64,000 nt of DNA from Neoechinorhynchus agilis (GCA_051530055.1 CM121342.1:530797-594796), one strand, 5' to 3'; counted from the first letter of the stretch, positions 1 through 13,913 are shown. Numbers and translations are program-made. The notes: generated by a model not told the origin, from the letters alone.

Positions 1-3000
1 ATGGTATTCGTTAGGGTGTTAGTATTCGTGTACCTGATGGTGTTCATTCGCATGATCGTATACGTGAACCTGTTGGTATTAATTCATCTTTTTATGTTCA
101 CTGTCCTTTTGGTATTCATGTAACTCTTGTTATTGCTTAACATAACGGTATTCGTTCGTGTGTTAGTATTCGTGTACCTCATGGTGTTCATTAGCATGAT
201 CGTATACGTGAACCTGTTGGTACTAATTCATCTTTTTATATTCATTGTCCTTTTGGTATTCATGTAACTCTTGTCATTGCTTCACATAATGGTATTCGAT
301 CGTGTATTAGTATTCGTGTACTTCATGGTGTTCATTAGCATGATCGTTTACGTGAACCTGTTGGTATAAATTCATCTTTTTATATCCATTGTCCTTTTGG
401 TATTCATGTAACTCTTATTATTGCTACACATAATGGTATTCGTTAGGGTGTTAGTATTCGTGTACCTGATGGTGTTCACTCGAACGATCGTATACGTAAA
501 CCAGCTGGTATTAATCCCTCTTTTTATATTCATTGTCCTTTTGGTATTCATGTAACTCTTGTTATTGCTTCACATAATGGTATTCGTTCGTGTTTTAGTA
601 TTCGTGTACCTCATGATGTTAACTCGCATGATCGTATACGTGAACCTGTTGGTATTAACTCATCTTTTTATATTCATTGTCCTTTTGGTATTATTGCAAC
701 TCTTATTATTGCTTCACATAATGGTATTCGTTCGTGTGTTAGTATTCGTGTACCTCATGGTGATTATTCGCATGATCGTATACGTAAACCTGTTGGTATT
801 AATCCATCTTTTTATATTCATTGTCCTTTTGGTATTCATGTAACTCTTGTTATTGCGTCAAATAATGGTATTCGTTCGTGTGTTAGTATTCGTGTACCTC
901 ATGGTGTTCACTCGAATGATCGTATACGTGAACCTGTTGGTATTAATTCATCTTTTTATATTCATTGTCCTTTTGGTATTCATGTAACTCTTGTTATTGC
1001 TTCACATAATGGTATTCGTTCGTTTGTTAGTATTCGTGTAACTCATGGTGTTCACTCGAATGATCGTATACGTAAACCTGCCGGTATTAATCCATCTTTT
1101 TATATTCATTGTCCTTTTGGTATTCATGTAACTCTTGTTATTGCTTCACATAATGGTATTCGTTCGTGTGTTAGTATTCGTGTACCTCATGATGTTAACT
1201 CGCATGATCGTATACGTGAACCTGTTGGTATTTATTCATCTTTTTATATTAATTGTCCTTTTGGTATTCATGTAACTCTTATACGTGAACCTGTTGGTAT
1301 AAATTCATCTTTTTATATCCATTGTCCCTTTGGTATTCATGTAACTCTTATTATTGCTACACATAATGGTATTCGTTAGGGTGTTAGTATTCGTGTACCT
1401 GATGGTGTTCATTCGCATGATCGTATACGTGAACCTGTTGGTATTAATTCATCTTTTTATATTCATTGTCCTTTTGGTATTCATGTAACTCTTGTTATTG
1501 CTTCACATAATGGTATTCGTTCGTGTGTTAGTATTCGTGTACCTCATGGTGTTCATTAGCATGATCGTATACGTGAACCTGTTGGTATTAATTCATCTTT
1601 TTATATTCATTGTCCTTTTGGTATTCATGTAACTCTTGTTATTGCTTCACATAATGGTATTCGTTCGTGTGTTAGTATTCGTGTACCTCATGGTGTTCAC
1701 TCGCATGATCGTATACGTAAACCTGTTGGTATTAATTCATCTTTTTATATTCATTGTCCTTTTGGTATTCATGTAACTCTTGTTATTGCTTCACATAATG
1801 GTATTCGTTCGTGTGTTAGTATTCGTGTACCTCATGGTGTTCATTAGCATGATCGTATACGTGAACCTGTTGGTATAAATTCATCTTTTTATATTCATTG
1901 TCCTTTTGGTATTCATGCAACTCTTATTATTGCTACACATAATGGTATTCGTTCGTGTGTTAGTATTCGTGTACCTCATGGTGTTCACTCGAATGATCGT
2001 ATACGTAAACCAGCTGGTATTAATCCATCTTTTTATATTCATTGTCCTTTTGGTATTCATGTAACTCTTGTTATTGCTTCACATAATGGTATTCGTTCGT
2101 GTGTTAGTATTCGTGTACCTCATGATGTTAACTCGCATGATCGTATACGTGAACCTGTTGGTATTTATTCATCTTTTTATATTAATTGTCCTTATTGTAT
2201 TCATGTAACTCTTGTTATTGCTTCACATAATGGTATTCGTTCGTGTGTTAGTATTCGTGCACCTCATGGTGTTCATTCGCATGATCGTATACGTAAACCT
2301 GTTGGTATTAATCAATCTTTTTATATTCATTATCCTTTTGGTATTCATGTAACTCTTGTTATTGCTTCACATATGGGTATTCGTTCGTGTGTTAGTATTC
2401 GTGTACCTCATGGTGTTCACTCGCATGATCGTATACGTTAACCTGTTGGTATTAATTCATCTTTTTATATTCATTGTCCTTTTGGTATTCATGTAACTCT
2501 TGTTATTGCTTCACATAATGGTATTCGTTCGTGTGTTAGTATTCGTGTACCACATGGTGTTCATTCGCATGATCGTATACGTAAACCTGTTGGTATTTAT
2601 TCATCTTTTTATATTAATTGTCCTTATGGTATTCATGTAACTCTTGTTATTGCTTCACATAATGGTATTCGTTCGTGTGTTAGTATTCGTGTACCTCATG
2701 GTGTTCATTCGCATGATCGTATACGTGAACCTGTTGGTATTAATTCATCTTTTTATATTCATTGTCCTTTTGGTATTCATGTAACTCTTGTTATTGCTTC
2801 ACATAATGGTATTCGTTCGTGTGTTAGTATTCGTGTACCTCATGATGTTAACTCGCATGATCGTATACGTGAACCTGTTGGTATTTATTCATCTTTTTAT
2901 ATTAATTGTCCTTATTGTATTCATGTAACTCTTGTTATTGCTTCACATAATGGTATTCGTTCGTGTGTTAGTATTCGTGCACCTCATGGTGTTCATTCGC

Positions 3001-6000
3001 ATGATCGTATACGTGAACCCGTTGGTATAATTTCTTCTTTTAATGTTCATTGTCCTTTTGGTATTCATGTAACTCTTATTATTGCTACACATAATGGTAT
3101 TCGTTCGGGTGTTAGTATTCGTGTACCTCATGGTGTTCACTCGCATGATCGTATACGTAAACCTGTTGGTATTAATTCATATTTTTATGTTCATTGTCCT
3201 TCTGGTATTCATGTAACTCTTGTTATTGCTTCACATAATGGTATTCGTTCGTGTGTTAGTATTCGTGTACCTTATGGTGTTAACTCGCATGATCGTATAC
3301 GTGAACCTGTTGGTATAAATTCATTTTTTTTAATTGTCCTTTTGGTATTCGTGTAACTCTTGTTATTGCTTCACATATGGGTATTCGTTCGTGTGTTAGC
3401 ATTCGTGTACCTCATGGTGTTCACTCGCATGATCGTATACGTAAACCTGTTGGTATTAATTCATCTTTTTATATTCATTGTCCTTTTGGTATTCATTTAA
3501 CTCTTGTTATTGCTTCACATAATGGTATTCGTTCGTGTGTTAGAATTCGTGCACCTCATGGTGTTCATTCGCATGATCGTATACGTAAACCTGTTGGTAT
3601 TAATCAATCTTTTTATATTCATTATCCTTTTGGTATTCATGTAACTCTTATTATTGCTACACATAATGGTATTCGTTCGTGTGTTAGTATTCGTGTACCT
3701 CATGGTGTTCACTCGCATGATCGTATACGTTAACCTGTTGGTATTAATTCATCTTTTTATATTCATTGTCCTTTTGGTATTCATGTAACTCTTGTTATTG
3801 CTTCACATAATGGTATTCGTTCGTGTGTTAGTATTCGTGTACCACATGGTGTTCATTCGCATGATCGTATACGTAAACCTGTTGGTATTTATTCATCTTT
3901 TTATATTAATTGTCCTTATGGTATTCATGTAACTCTTGTTATTGCTTCACATAATGGTATTCGTTCGTGTGTTAGTATTCGTGTACCTCATGGTGTTCAT
4001 TCGCATGATCGTATACGTAAACCTGTTGGTATTAATCCATCTTTTTATATTCATTGTCCTTTTGGTATTCATGTAACTCTTGTTATTGCTTCACATAATG
4101 GTATTCGTTCGTGTGTTAGTATTCGTGTACCTCATGGTGTTCACTCGCATGATCGTATACGTAAACCTGTTGGTATTAATTCATCTTTTTATATTCATTG
4201 TCCTTTTGGTATTCATGTAACTCTTGTTATTGCTTCACATAATGGTATTCGTTCGTGTGTTAGTATTCGTGTACCTCATGGTGTTCATTCGCATGATCGT
4301 ATACGTAAACCTGTTGGTATTAATCCATCTTTTTATATTCATTGTCCTTTTGGTATTCATGTAACTCTTGTTATTGCTTCACATAATGGTATTCGTTCGT
4401 GTGTTAGTATTCGTGTACCTCATGGTGTTCATTCGCATGATCGTATACGTGAACCTGTTGGTATTAATTCATCTTTTTATAATCATTGTCCTTTTGGTAT
4501 TCATGTTACTCTTGTTATTGCTTCACATAATGGTATTCGTTCGTGTGTTAGTATTCGTGTACCTCATGGTGATTATTCGCATGATCGTATACGTAAACCT
4601 GTTGGTATTAATTCATCTTTTTATATTCATTGTCCTTTTGGTATTAATGTAACTCTTGTTATTGCTTTACATAATGGTATTCGTTCAAGTGTTAGTATTC
4701 GTGTACCTCATGGTGTTCCCTCGAATGATCGTATACGTAAACCAGCTGGTATTAATCCATCTTTTTATATTCATTGTCCTTTTGGTATTCATGTAACTCT
4801 TGTTATTGCTTCACATAATGGTATTCGTTCGTATGTTAGTATTCGTGTACCTCATGATGTTAACTCGCATGATCGTATACGTGAATCTGTTGGTATTTAT
4901 TCATCTTTTTATATTAATTGTCCTTATTGTATTCATGTAACTCTTGTTATTGCTTCACATAATGGTATTCGTTCGTGTGTTAGTATTCGTGCACCTCATG
5001 GTGTTCATTCGCATGATCGTATACGTGAACCCGTTGGTATAATTTCTTCTTTTAATGTTCATTGTCCTTTTGGTATTCATGTAACTCTTATTATTGCTAC
5101 ACATAATGGTATTCCTTCGGGTGTTAGTATTCGTGTACCTCATGGTGTTCATCCGCATGATCGTATACGTAAACCTGTTGGTATTAATTCATCTTTTTAT
5201 GTTCATTGTCCTTTTGGTATTCATGTAACTCTTATTATTGCTTCACATAATGGTATTCGTTCGTGTGTTAGTATTCGTGTACCTTATGGTGTTAACTCGC
5301 ATGATCGTATACGTGAACCTGTTGGTATAAATTCATTTTTTTTCCTTGTCCTTTTGGTATTCGTGTAACTCTTGTTATTGCTTCACATATGGGTATTCGT
5401 TCGTGTGTTAGTATTCGTGTACCTCATGGTGTTCATTCGCATGATCGTATACGTAAACCTGTTGGTATTAATCCATCTTTTTATATTCATTGTCCTTTTG
5501 GTATTCATGTAACCCTTGTTACTGCTTCACGTAATGGTATTCGTTCGTGTGTTAGTATTCGTGTACCTGATGGTGTTCATTCGCATGATCGTATACGTGA
5601 ACTTGTTGGTATTAATTCATCTTTTTATGTTCACTGTCCTTTTGGTATTCATGTAACTCTTGTTATTGCTTAACATAACGGTATTCGTTCGTGTGTTAGT
5701 ATTCGTGTACCTCATGGTGTTCATTAGCATGATCGTATACGTGAACCTGTTGGTATTAATTCATCTTTTTATATTCATTGTCCTTTTGGTATTCATGTAA
5801 CTCTTGTTATTGCTTCACATAATGGTATTCGTTCGTGTGTTAGTATTCGTGTACCTCATGGTGTTCATTAGCATGATCGTATACGTGAACCTGTTGGTAT
5901 TAATTCATCTTTTTATATTCATTGTCCTTTTGGTATTCATGTAACTCTTGTTATTGCTTCACATAATGGTATTCGTTCGTGTGTTAGTATTCGTGTACCT

Positions 6001-9000
6001 TATGGTGTTAACTCGCATGATCGTATACGTGAACCTGTTGGTATAAATTCATTTTTTCCTTGTCCTTTTGGTATTCGTGTAACTCTTGTTATTGCTTCAC
6101 ATATGGGTATTCGTTCGTGTGTTAGTATTCGTGTACCTCATGGTGTTCATTCGCATGATCGTATACGTAAACCTGTTGGTATTAATCCATCTTTATATAT
6201 TCATTGTCCTTTTGGTATTCATGTAACTCTTGTTATTGCTTCACATAATGGTATTCGTTCGTGTGTTAGTATTCGTGTACCTCATGGTGTTCATCCGCAT
6301 GATCGTATACGTGAACCCGTTGGTATAATTTCTTCTTTTAATGTTCATTGTCCTTTTGGTATTCATGTAACTCTTATTATTGCTTCACATAATGGTATTC
6401 GTTCGTGTGTTAGTATTCGTGTACCTTATGGTGTTAACTCGCATGATCGTATACGTAAACCTGTTGGTATTAATTCATCTTTTTATATTCATTGTCCTTT
6501 TGGTATTCATGTAACTCTTGTTATTGCTTCACATAATGGTATTCGTTCGTGTGTTAGTATTCGTGTACCTCATGATGTTAACTCGCATGATCGTATACGT
6601 GAATCTGTTGGTATTTATTCATCTTTTTATATTAATTGTCCTTATTGTATTCATGTAACTCTTGTTATTGCTTCACATAATGGTATTCGTTCGTGTGTTA
6701 GTATTCGTGCACCTCATGGTGTTCATTCGCATGATCGTATACGTGAACCCGTTGGTATAATTTCTTCTTTTAATGTTCATTGTCCTTTTGGTATTCATGT
6801 AACTCTTATTATTGCTTCACATAATGGTATTCGTTCGTGTGTTAGTATTCGTGTACCTTATGGTGTTAACTCGCATGATCGTATACGTAAACCTGTTGGT
6901 ATTAATTCATCTTTTTATATTCATTGTCCTTTTGGTATTCATGTAACTCTTGTTATTGCTTCACATAATGGTATTCGTTCGTGTGTTAGTATTCGTGTAC
7001 CTCATGGTGTTCATTCGCATGATCGTATACGTAAACCTGTTGGTATTAATCCATCTTTTTATATTCATTGTCCTTTTGGTATTCATGTAACCCTTGTTAT
7101 TGCTTCACGTAATGGTATTCGTTCGTGTGTTAGTATTCGTGTACCTGATGGTGTTCATTCGCATGATCGTATACGTGAACTTGTTGGTATTAATTCATCT
7201 TTTTATGTTCACTGTCCTTTTGGTATTCATGTAACTCTTGTTATTGCTTAACATAACGGTATTCGTTCGTGTGTTAGTATTCGTGTACCTCATGGTGTTC
7301 ATTAGCATGATCGTATACGTGAACCTGTTGGTACTAATTCATCTTTTTATATTCATTGTCCTTTTGGTATTCATGTAACTCTTGTCATTGCTTCACATAA
7401 TGGTATTCGATCGTGTATTAGTATTCGTGTACTTCATGGTGTTCATTAGCATGATCGTATACGTGAACCTGTTGGTATAAATTCATCTTTTTATATTCAT
7501 TGTCCTTTTGGTATTCATGCAACTCTTATTATTGCTACACATAATGGTATTCGTTCGTGTGTTAGTATTTGTGTACCTCATGGTGTTCACTCGAATGATC
7601 GTATACGTAAACCAGCTGGTATTAATCCATCTTTTTATATTCATTGTCATTTTGGCATTCATGTAACTCTTGTTATTGCTTCACATAATGGTATTCGTTC
7701 GTGTGTTAGTATTCGTGTACCTCATGATGTTAACTCGCATGATCGTATACGTGAACCTGTTGGTATTTATTCATCTTTTTATATTAATTGTCCATATTGT
7801 ATTCATGTAACTCTTGTTATTGCTTCACATAATGGTATTCGTTCGTGTGTTTGTATTCGTACACCTCATGGTGTTCATTCGCATGATCGTATACGTAAAC
7901 CTGTTGGTATTAATCAATCTTTTTATATTCATTATCCTTTTGGTATTCATGTAACTCTTGTCATTGCTTCACATATGGGTATTCGTTCGTGTGTTAGTAT
8001 TCGTGTACGTCATGGTGTTCACTCGCATGATCGTATACGTTAACCTGTTGGTATAAATTCATCTTTTTATATTCATTGTCCTTTTGGTATTCATGTAACT
8101 CTTGTTATTGCTTCACATAATGGTATTCGTTCGTGTGTTAGTATTCGTGTACCACATGGTGTTCATTCGCATGATCGTATACGTAAACCTGTTGGTATTT
8201 ATCCATCTTTTTATATTCATTATCCTTTTGGTATTCATGTAACTCTTGTTATTGCTTCACATATGGGTATTCGTTCGTGTGTTAGTATTCGTGTACCTCA
8301 TGGTGTTCACTCGCATGATCGTATACGTAAACCTGCTGGTATTAATCCATCTTTTTATATTCATTGTCCTTTTGGTATTCATGTAACTCTTGTTATTGCT
8401 TCACATAATGGTATTCGTTCGTGTGTTAGTATTCGTGTACCTCATGATGTTAACTCGCATGATCGTATACGTGAACCTGTTGGTATTTATTCATCTTTTT
8501 ATATTAATTGTCCTTATGGTATTCATGTAACTCTTGTTATTGCTTCACATAATGGTATTCGTTCGTGTGTTAGTATTCGTGCACCTCATGATGTTCATTC
8601 GCATAATCGTATACGTGAACCCGTTGGTATAATTTCTTCTTTTAATGTTAATTGTCCTTTTGGTATTCATGTAACTCTTGTTATTGCTTCACATAATGGT
8701 ATTCGTTCGTGTGTTAGTATTCGTGTACCTCATGGTGTTCATTCGCATGATCGTATACGTAAACCTGTTGGTATTAATCCATCTTTTTATCTTAATTGTC
8801 CTTATGGTATTCATGTAACTCTTGTTATTGCCTCACACAATGGCATTCGTTCGTGTGTTAGTATTCGTGTACCTCATGGTGTTCACTCGAATGATCGTAT
8901 ACGTGAACCTGTTGGTATTAATTCATCTTTTTATATTAATTGTCCTTTGGTATTCATGTAACTCTTGTTATTGCTTCAGATAATGGTATTCGTCCGTGTG

Positions 9001-12000
9001 TTAGTATTCGTTTACCTCATGGTGTTCATTCGCATGATCGTATACGTAAACCTGTTGGTATTAATCCATCTTTTTATATTCATTGTCCTTTTGGTATTCA
9101 TGTAACTCTTGTTATTGCTTCACATATGGGTATTCGTTCGTGTGTTAGTATTCGTGTACCTCATGGTGTTCACTCGCATGATCGTATACGTTAACCTGTT
9201 GGTATTAATTCATCTTTTTATATTCATTGTCCTTTTGGTATTAATGTAACTCTTGTTATTGCTTCACATAATGGTATTCGTTCAAGTGTTAGTATTCGTG
9301 TACCTCATGGTGTTCCCTCGAATGATCGTATACGTAAACCAGCTGGTATTAATCCATCTTTTTATATTCATTGTCCTTTTGGTATTCATGTAACTCTTGT
9401 TATTGCTTCACATAATGGTATTCGTTCGTGTGTTAGTATTCGTGTACCTCATGATGTTAACTCGCATGATCGTATACGTAAACCTGTTGGTATTTATTCA
9501 TCTTTTTATATTAATTGTCCTTATTGTATTCATGTAACTCTTGTTATTGCTTCACATAATGGTATTCGTTCGTGTGTTAGTATTCGTGCACCTCATGGTG
9601 TTCATTCGCATGATCGTATACGTGAACCCGTTGGTATAATTTCTTCTTTTAATGTTCATTGTCCTTTTGGTATTCATGTAACTCTTATTATTGCAACACA
9701 TAATGGTATTCCTTCGGGTGTTAGTATTCGTGTACCTCATGGTGTTCACTCGCATGATCGTATACGTAAACCTGTTGGTATTAATTCATCTTTTTATATT
9801 CATTGTCCTTTTGGTATTCATGTAACTCTTGTTATTGCTTCACATAATGGTATTCGTTCGTGTGTTCGTATTCGTGTACCTCATGGTGTTCACTCGAATG
9901 ATCGTATACGTGAACCTTTTGGTATTAATTCATCTTTTTATATTCATTGTCCTTTTGGTATTCATGTAACTCTTGTTATTGCAGCACATTATGGTATTCG
10001 TTCGTGTGTCAGTATTCGTGTACCACATGGTGTTCATTCGCATGATCGTATACGTAAACCTGCTGGTATTAATCCATCTTTATATATTCATTGTCCTTTT
10101 GGTATTCATGTAACTCTTGTTATTGCTTCACATAATGGTATTCGTTCGTGTGTTAGTATTCGTGTACCTCATGGTGTTCATCCGCATGATCGTATACGTA
10201 AACCTGTTGGTATTAATCGATCTTTTTATATTCATTATCCTTTTGGTATTCATGTAACTCTTGTTATTGCTTCACATATGGGTATTCGTTCGTGTGTCAG
10301 TATTCGTGTACCACATGGTGTTCATTCGCATGATCGTATACGTAAACCTGTTAGTATTAATCCATCCTTTTATATTCATTATCCTTTTGGTATTCATGTA
10401 ACTCTTGTTATTGCTTCACATAATGGTATTCGTTCGTGTGTTAGTATTCGTGTACCTCATGGTTTCACGATGATCGTTACGTAAACCGTGGTATTAATCC
10501 ATCTTTTTATATTCATTGTCCTTTTGGTATTCATGTAACTCTTGTTATTGCTTCACATAATGGTATTCGTTCGTGTGTTAGTATTCGTGTACCTCATGTG
10601 TTATCGCATGATCGTATCGTAACCTGTGGTATTATCATCTTTTATATTATTGTCCTTTTTTGGTATTCATGTAACTCTTGTTATTGCTTCACATAATGGT
10701 ATTCGTTCGTGTGTTAGTATTCGTGTACCTCATGGTGTTCATCCGCATGATCGTATACGTAAACCTGTTGGTATTAATCCATCTTTTTATTTTTTTTTGT
10801 TTTGTTTTGTTTGTGGTTGTTGTGTGTTGTTTGTGTTGTGTTGTGATCGTATAGTAACTGTTGGTATTTCTTTTATTTTTGTCCTTTGGTATTATGTAAC
10901 TCTTGTTATTGCTTCAATAATGGATTCGTCGTGTGTAGTATTCGTTACCTCATGGTGTTCATTCGCATGATCGTATACGTAACCTGTTGGTATTAATCAT
11001 CTTTTTATATTCATTGTCCTTTTGGTATTCATGTAACTCTTGTTATTGCTTCACATAGGTATTCGTTCGTGTGTTAGTATTCGTGTACCTCATGGTGTTA
11101 TCGCATGATCGTATACGTAACCTGTTGGTATTAATCATCTTTTTATATTCATTGTCCTTTTGGTATTATGTAACTCTTGTTATTGCTTCACATAATGGTA
11201 TTCGTTCGTGTTAGTATTCGTGTACCTATGGTGTTTCGATGATCGTATACGTAACCGTGGTATATTCTTTTTATATTATTGTCCTTTTGGTATTCATGTA
11301 ACTTGTTTTGTTGGTTTGTGTTGTGTTTGTTGTCTTTTATTGCCACATAATGGTATTCTTCGGTGTTAGTATTCGTGACCTCATGGTGTTCATCGCATGA
11401 TCGTATACGTAACCGTTGGTATATTCTCTTTTTATTTCATTGTCCTTTTGGTATTCATGTAACTCTTTTATTGCTCACATAATGGTATTCGTTCGGTGTT
11501 AGTATTCGTGTACCTCATGGTGTTCACTCGATGATCGTATACGTAACCTGTTGGTATTAATTCATCTTTTTATATTCGTTGTCCTTTTGGTATTCATGTA
11601 ACTCTTGTTATTGCAGCACATTATGGTATTCGTTCGTGTGTCAGTATTCGTGTACCACATGGTGTTCATTCGCATGATCGTATACGTAAACCTGCTGGTA
11701 TTAATCCATCTTTATATATTCATTGTCCTTTTGGTATTCATGTAACTCTTGTTATTGCTTCACATAATGGTATTCGTTCGTGTGTTAGTATTCGTGTACC
11801 TCATGGTGTTCATCCGCATGATCGTATACGTAAACCTGTTGGTATTAATCCATCTTTTTATATTCATTGTCCTTTTGGTATTCATGTAACTCTTGTTATT
11901 GCTTCACATAATGGTATTCGTTCGTGTGTTAGTATTCGTGTACCTCATGGTGTTCATTCGCATGATCGTATACGTAAACCTGTTGGTATTAATCGATCTT

Positions 12001-12830
12001 TTTATATTCATTATCCTTTTGGTATTCATGTAACTCTTGTTATTGCTTCACATATGGTATTCGTTCGTGTGTAGTATTCGTGTACCCATGGTGTTCATTC
12101 GCATGATCGTATCGTAAACCTTGTATTAATCCATCTTTATATTCATTTCTTTGATCATGTAACTCTTGTTATTGCTTCACATATGGTATTCGTTCGTGTG
12201 TTAGTATTCGTGTACCTCATGGTGTTCATCCGCATGATCGTATACGTAAACCTGTTGGTATTAATCCATCTTTTATATTCATTGTCCTTTTGGTATTCAT
12301 GTAACTCTTGTTATTGCTTCACATAATGGTATTCGTTCGTGTGTTAGTATTCGTGTACCTCATGGTGTTATCGCATGATCGTATACGTGAACTGTTGGTA
12401 TTAATTCTTTATATTCTTGTCCTTTTGGTATTCATGTAACTCTTGTTATTGCTTCACATAATGGCATTCGTTCGTGTGCTAGTATTCGTGTACCTCATGG
12501 TGTTCATTCGCATGATCGTATACGTGAACCTGTTGGTATTAATTCATATTTTTATGTTCATTGTCCTTTTGGTATTCATGTAACTCTTGTTATTGCTTCA
12601 CATAATGGTATTCGTTCGTGTGTTAGTATTCGTGTACCTCATGGTGTTCATTCGCATGATCGTATACGTAAACCTGTTGGTATTAATTCATCTTTTTATA
12701 TTCATTGTCCTTTTGGTATTTATGTAACTCTTGTGTTTGCTTCACATAATGGTATTCGTTCGTGTGTTAGTATTCGTGTACCTCATGGTGTTCACTCGCA
12801 TGATCGTATACGTGAACCTGTTGGTATTCA
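1..12830. repeat. 144-bp tandem satellite, about 89 monomers; each monomer is 8 diverged 18-mers
   Basis: Consensus ggtattcgttcgtgtgtt agtattcgtgtacctcat ggtgttcattcgcatgat cgtatacgtaaacctgtt ggtattaattcatctttt tatattcattgtcctttt ggtattcatgtaactctt gttattgcttcacataat repeats head-to-tail from base 1 to about 12830. The array runs off the left edge of the window. Confidence 0.99.
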
Positions 12831-12836
12831 TTTCTA

Positions 12837-12944
12837 GGTGTTCATTTAAGAATTTTTAATCATTAACCCGTCCGTATTCATCTACCTCTTGTTATTAATT
12901 CACCTAATTTTATTCATTGACTTGTTGGTATTTGTGGCCCGTTT
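12837..12944. repeat. six diverged monomeric 18-mers in register at the satellite edge
   Basis: ggtgttcatttaagaatt / tttaatcattaacccgtc / cgtattcatctacctctt / gttattaattcacctaat / tttattcattgacttgtt / ggtatttgtggcccgttt keep the 18-nt phase and the NNT pattern but not the 144-bp order. Confidence 0.75.
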
Positions 12945-12959
12945 TGTGTGGTGCAATGT

Positions 12960-13400
12960 TAGCCGGCATACCAATCTTCCTGTGTACAGTAGTCTCAAAT
13001 TCTGCTCCTTTTCGCGTTATCGAAACGTCCAAAATAGAGATCATATTATGATTCTCCGAGTCAACGATCCATTGGATGTTATTGTGCTAATGATTCAGTA
13101 TGTGAGCAAACTTTTCCGGTTATGTGGTTTCATCGACTAAGATTTGCCAGAATCTCACACCCGGTAGGCTTGAAACATACTTAGCCTTCGAATCGCGCAT
13201 GGACAATTCGGTGAGAACTGGGGCAAGAGGACTCCCTATTGGCAACCCATCAACTTGATCGTAGCTCTTACCTTCGAAATCGAAATTTGTGTTTCTTGTG
13301 CACATGTGTAAGAGTTTCTTCCATTCAAGGTCGGTATATTTTGCAGTCGCATGTTTTCTTTGGCCCTCCATCTCAGCCCCTTATTTCCAACCGTTCAATC
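12960..13400 (-). mobile_element. Penelope-like element reverse transcriptase fragment (degenerate)
   Basis: ORF 13120-13371 reads TNFDFEGKSYDQVDGLPIGSPLAPVLTEL...LVDE (decayed YVDD). In a shifted frame it continues as NNIQW...ISILDVSITRKGAEFETTVHRK. It resembles the PLE RT at 42002-43030. Confidence 0.85.
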
Positions 13401-13913
13401 CTCCAAATGCGAATTGATACGGGGGAGAACTAATCTAGCAAAGTATCCTACACCATTAACAACCGACTTCACATTCGGCCGGACCCGCAATCCAGTCACA
13501 AAATCAACCGCCATGCTCATTTAACCGATCATTTGGTTCAAATGTTCACTAAGTGCTATACATACACCTCCCTCCACTTTGAACAATAAAACGTGTTGTT
13601 ATTATGAGCTTCCCTTACCAATATCGGTAAGCTGTGTACCCAACGAAAATAATCAGCTGTCTAAGGGGCATTAAATTAAACACTTAAAAGATGTAACCAG
13701 TTATCCAAGCATAAAATAAAATAATTCAGTATCCTATAGTTTAAAAATAAAAAAGCTAAACTAATTCGTCAATTGCAATTCGTAGTGACAGAGTAAAAAT
13801 AAACATCAATCTTTTTGGCACCATCAGTTGACCAAAAACAAATTCTCGAGTAATTATAAAGAAAAAATATGACGCAATAGAGGATTATCGCCAAGACTAG
13901 AATTAATCGATCT

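Noticed and set aside
559-10970. Long plus-strand ORFs in the satellite (up to 382 aa of a His/Cys-rich 48-aa repeat)
   Set aside because: Codons ending in T cannot be stops, so the frame stays open automatically. Many copies still carry TAG/TAA, and the variation is mostly non-synonymous.
10440-12420. Indel-rich zone with GT-rich runs (about 10790-10845 and 11305-11335) as a biologically degenerate domain
   Set aside because: Scattered 1-2-nt deletions and low-complexity runs flanked by clean monomers look like unpolished long-read error. Read data are needed before any interpretation.
1-12830. Satellite as a CRISPR-like or DGR-like array
   Set aside because: There are no unique spacers and no template/variable repeat pair; the context is eukaryotic.
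1-12944. Minus-strand EY frame read with TAA reassigned to an amino acid
   Set aside because: TAA falls in Glu, Gln and Tyr columns inconsistently, and VPS45, CHFR and SELENOK all end in TAA, so the standard code applies.
13585-13601. 16-mer aataaaacgtgttgtt shared with about 53107-53122, both upstream of minus-strand retroelements
   Set aside because: A rough estimate gives about one or more such AT-rich matches by chance among all position pairs in the window.
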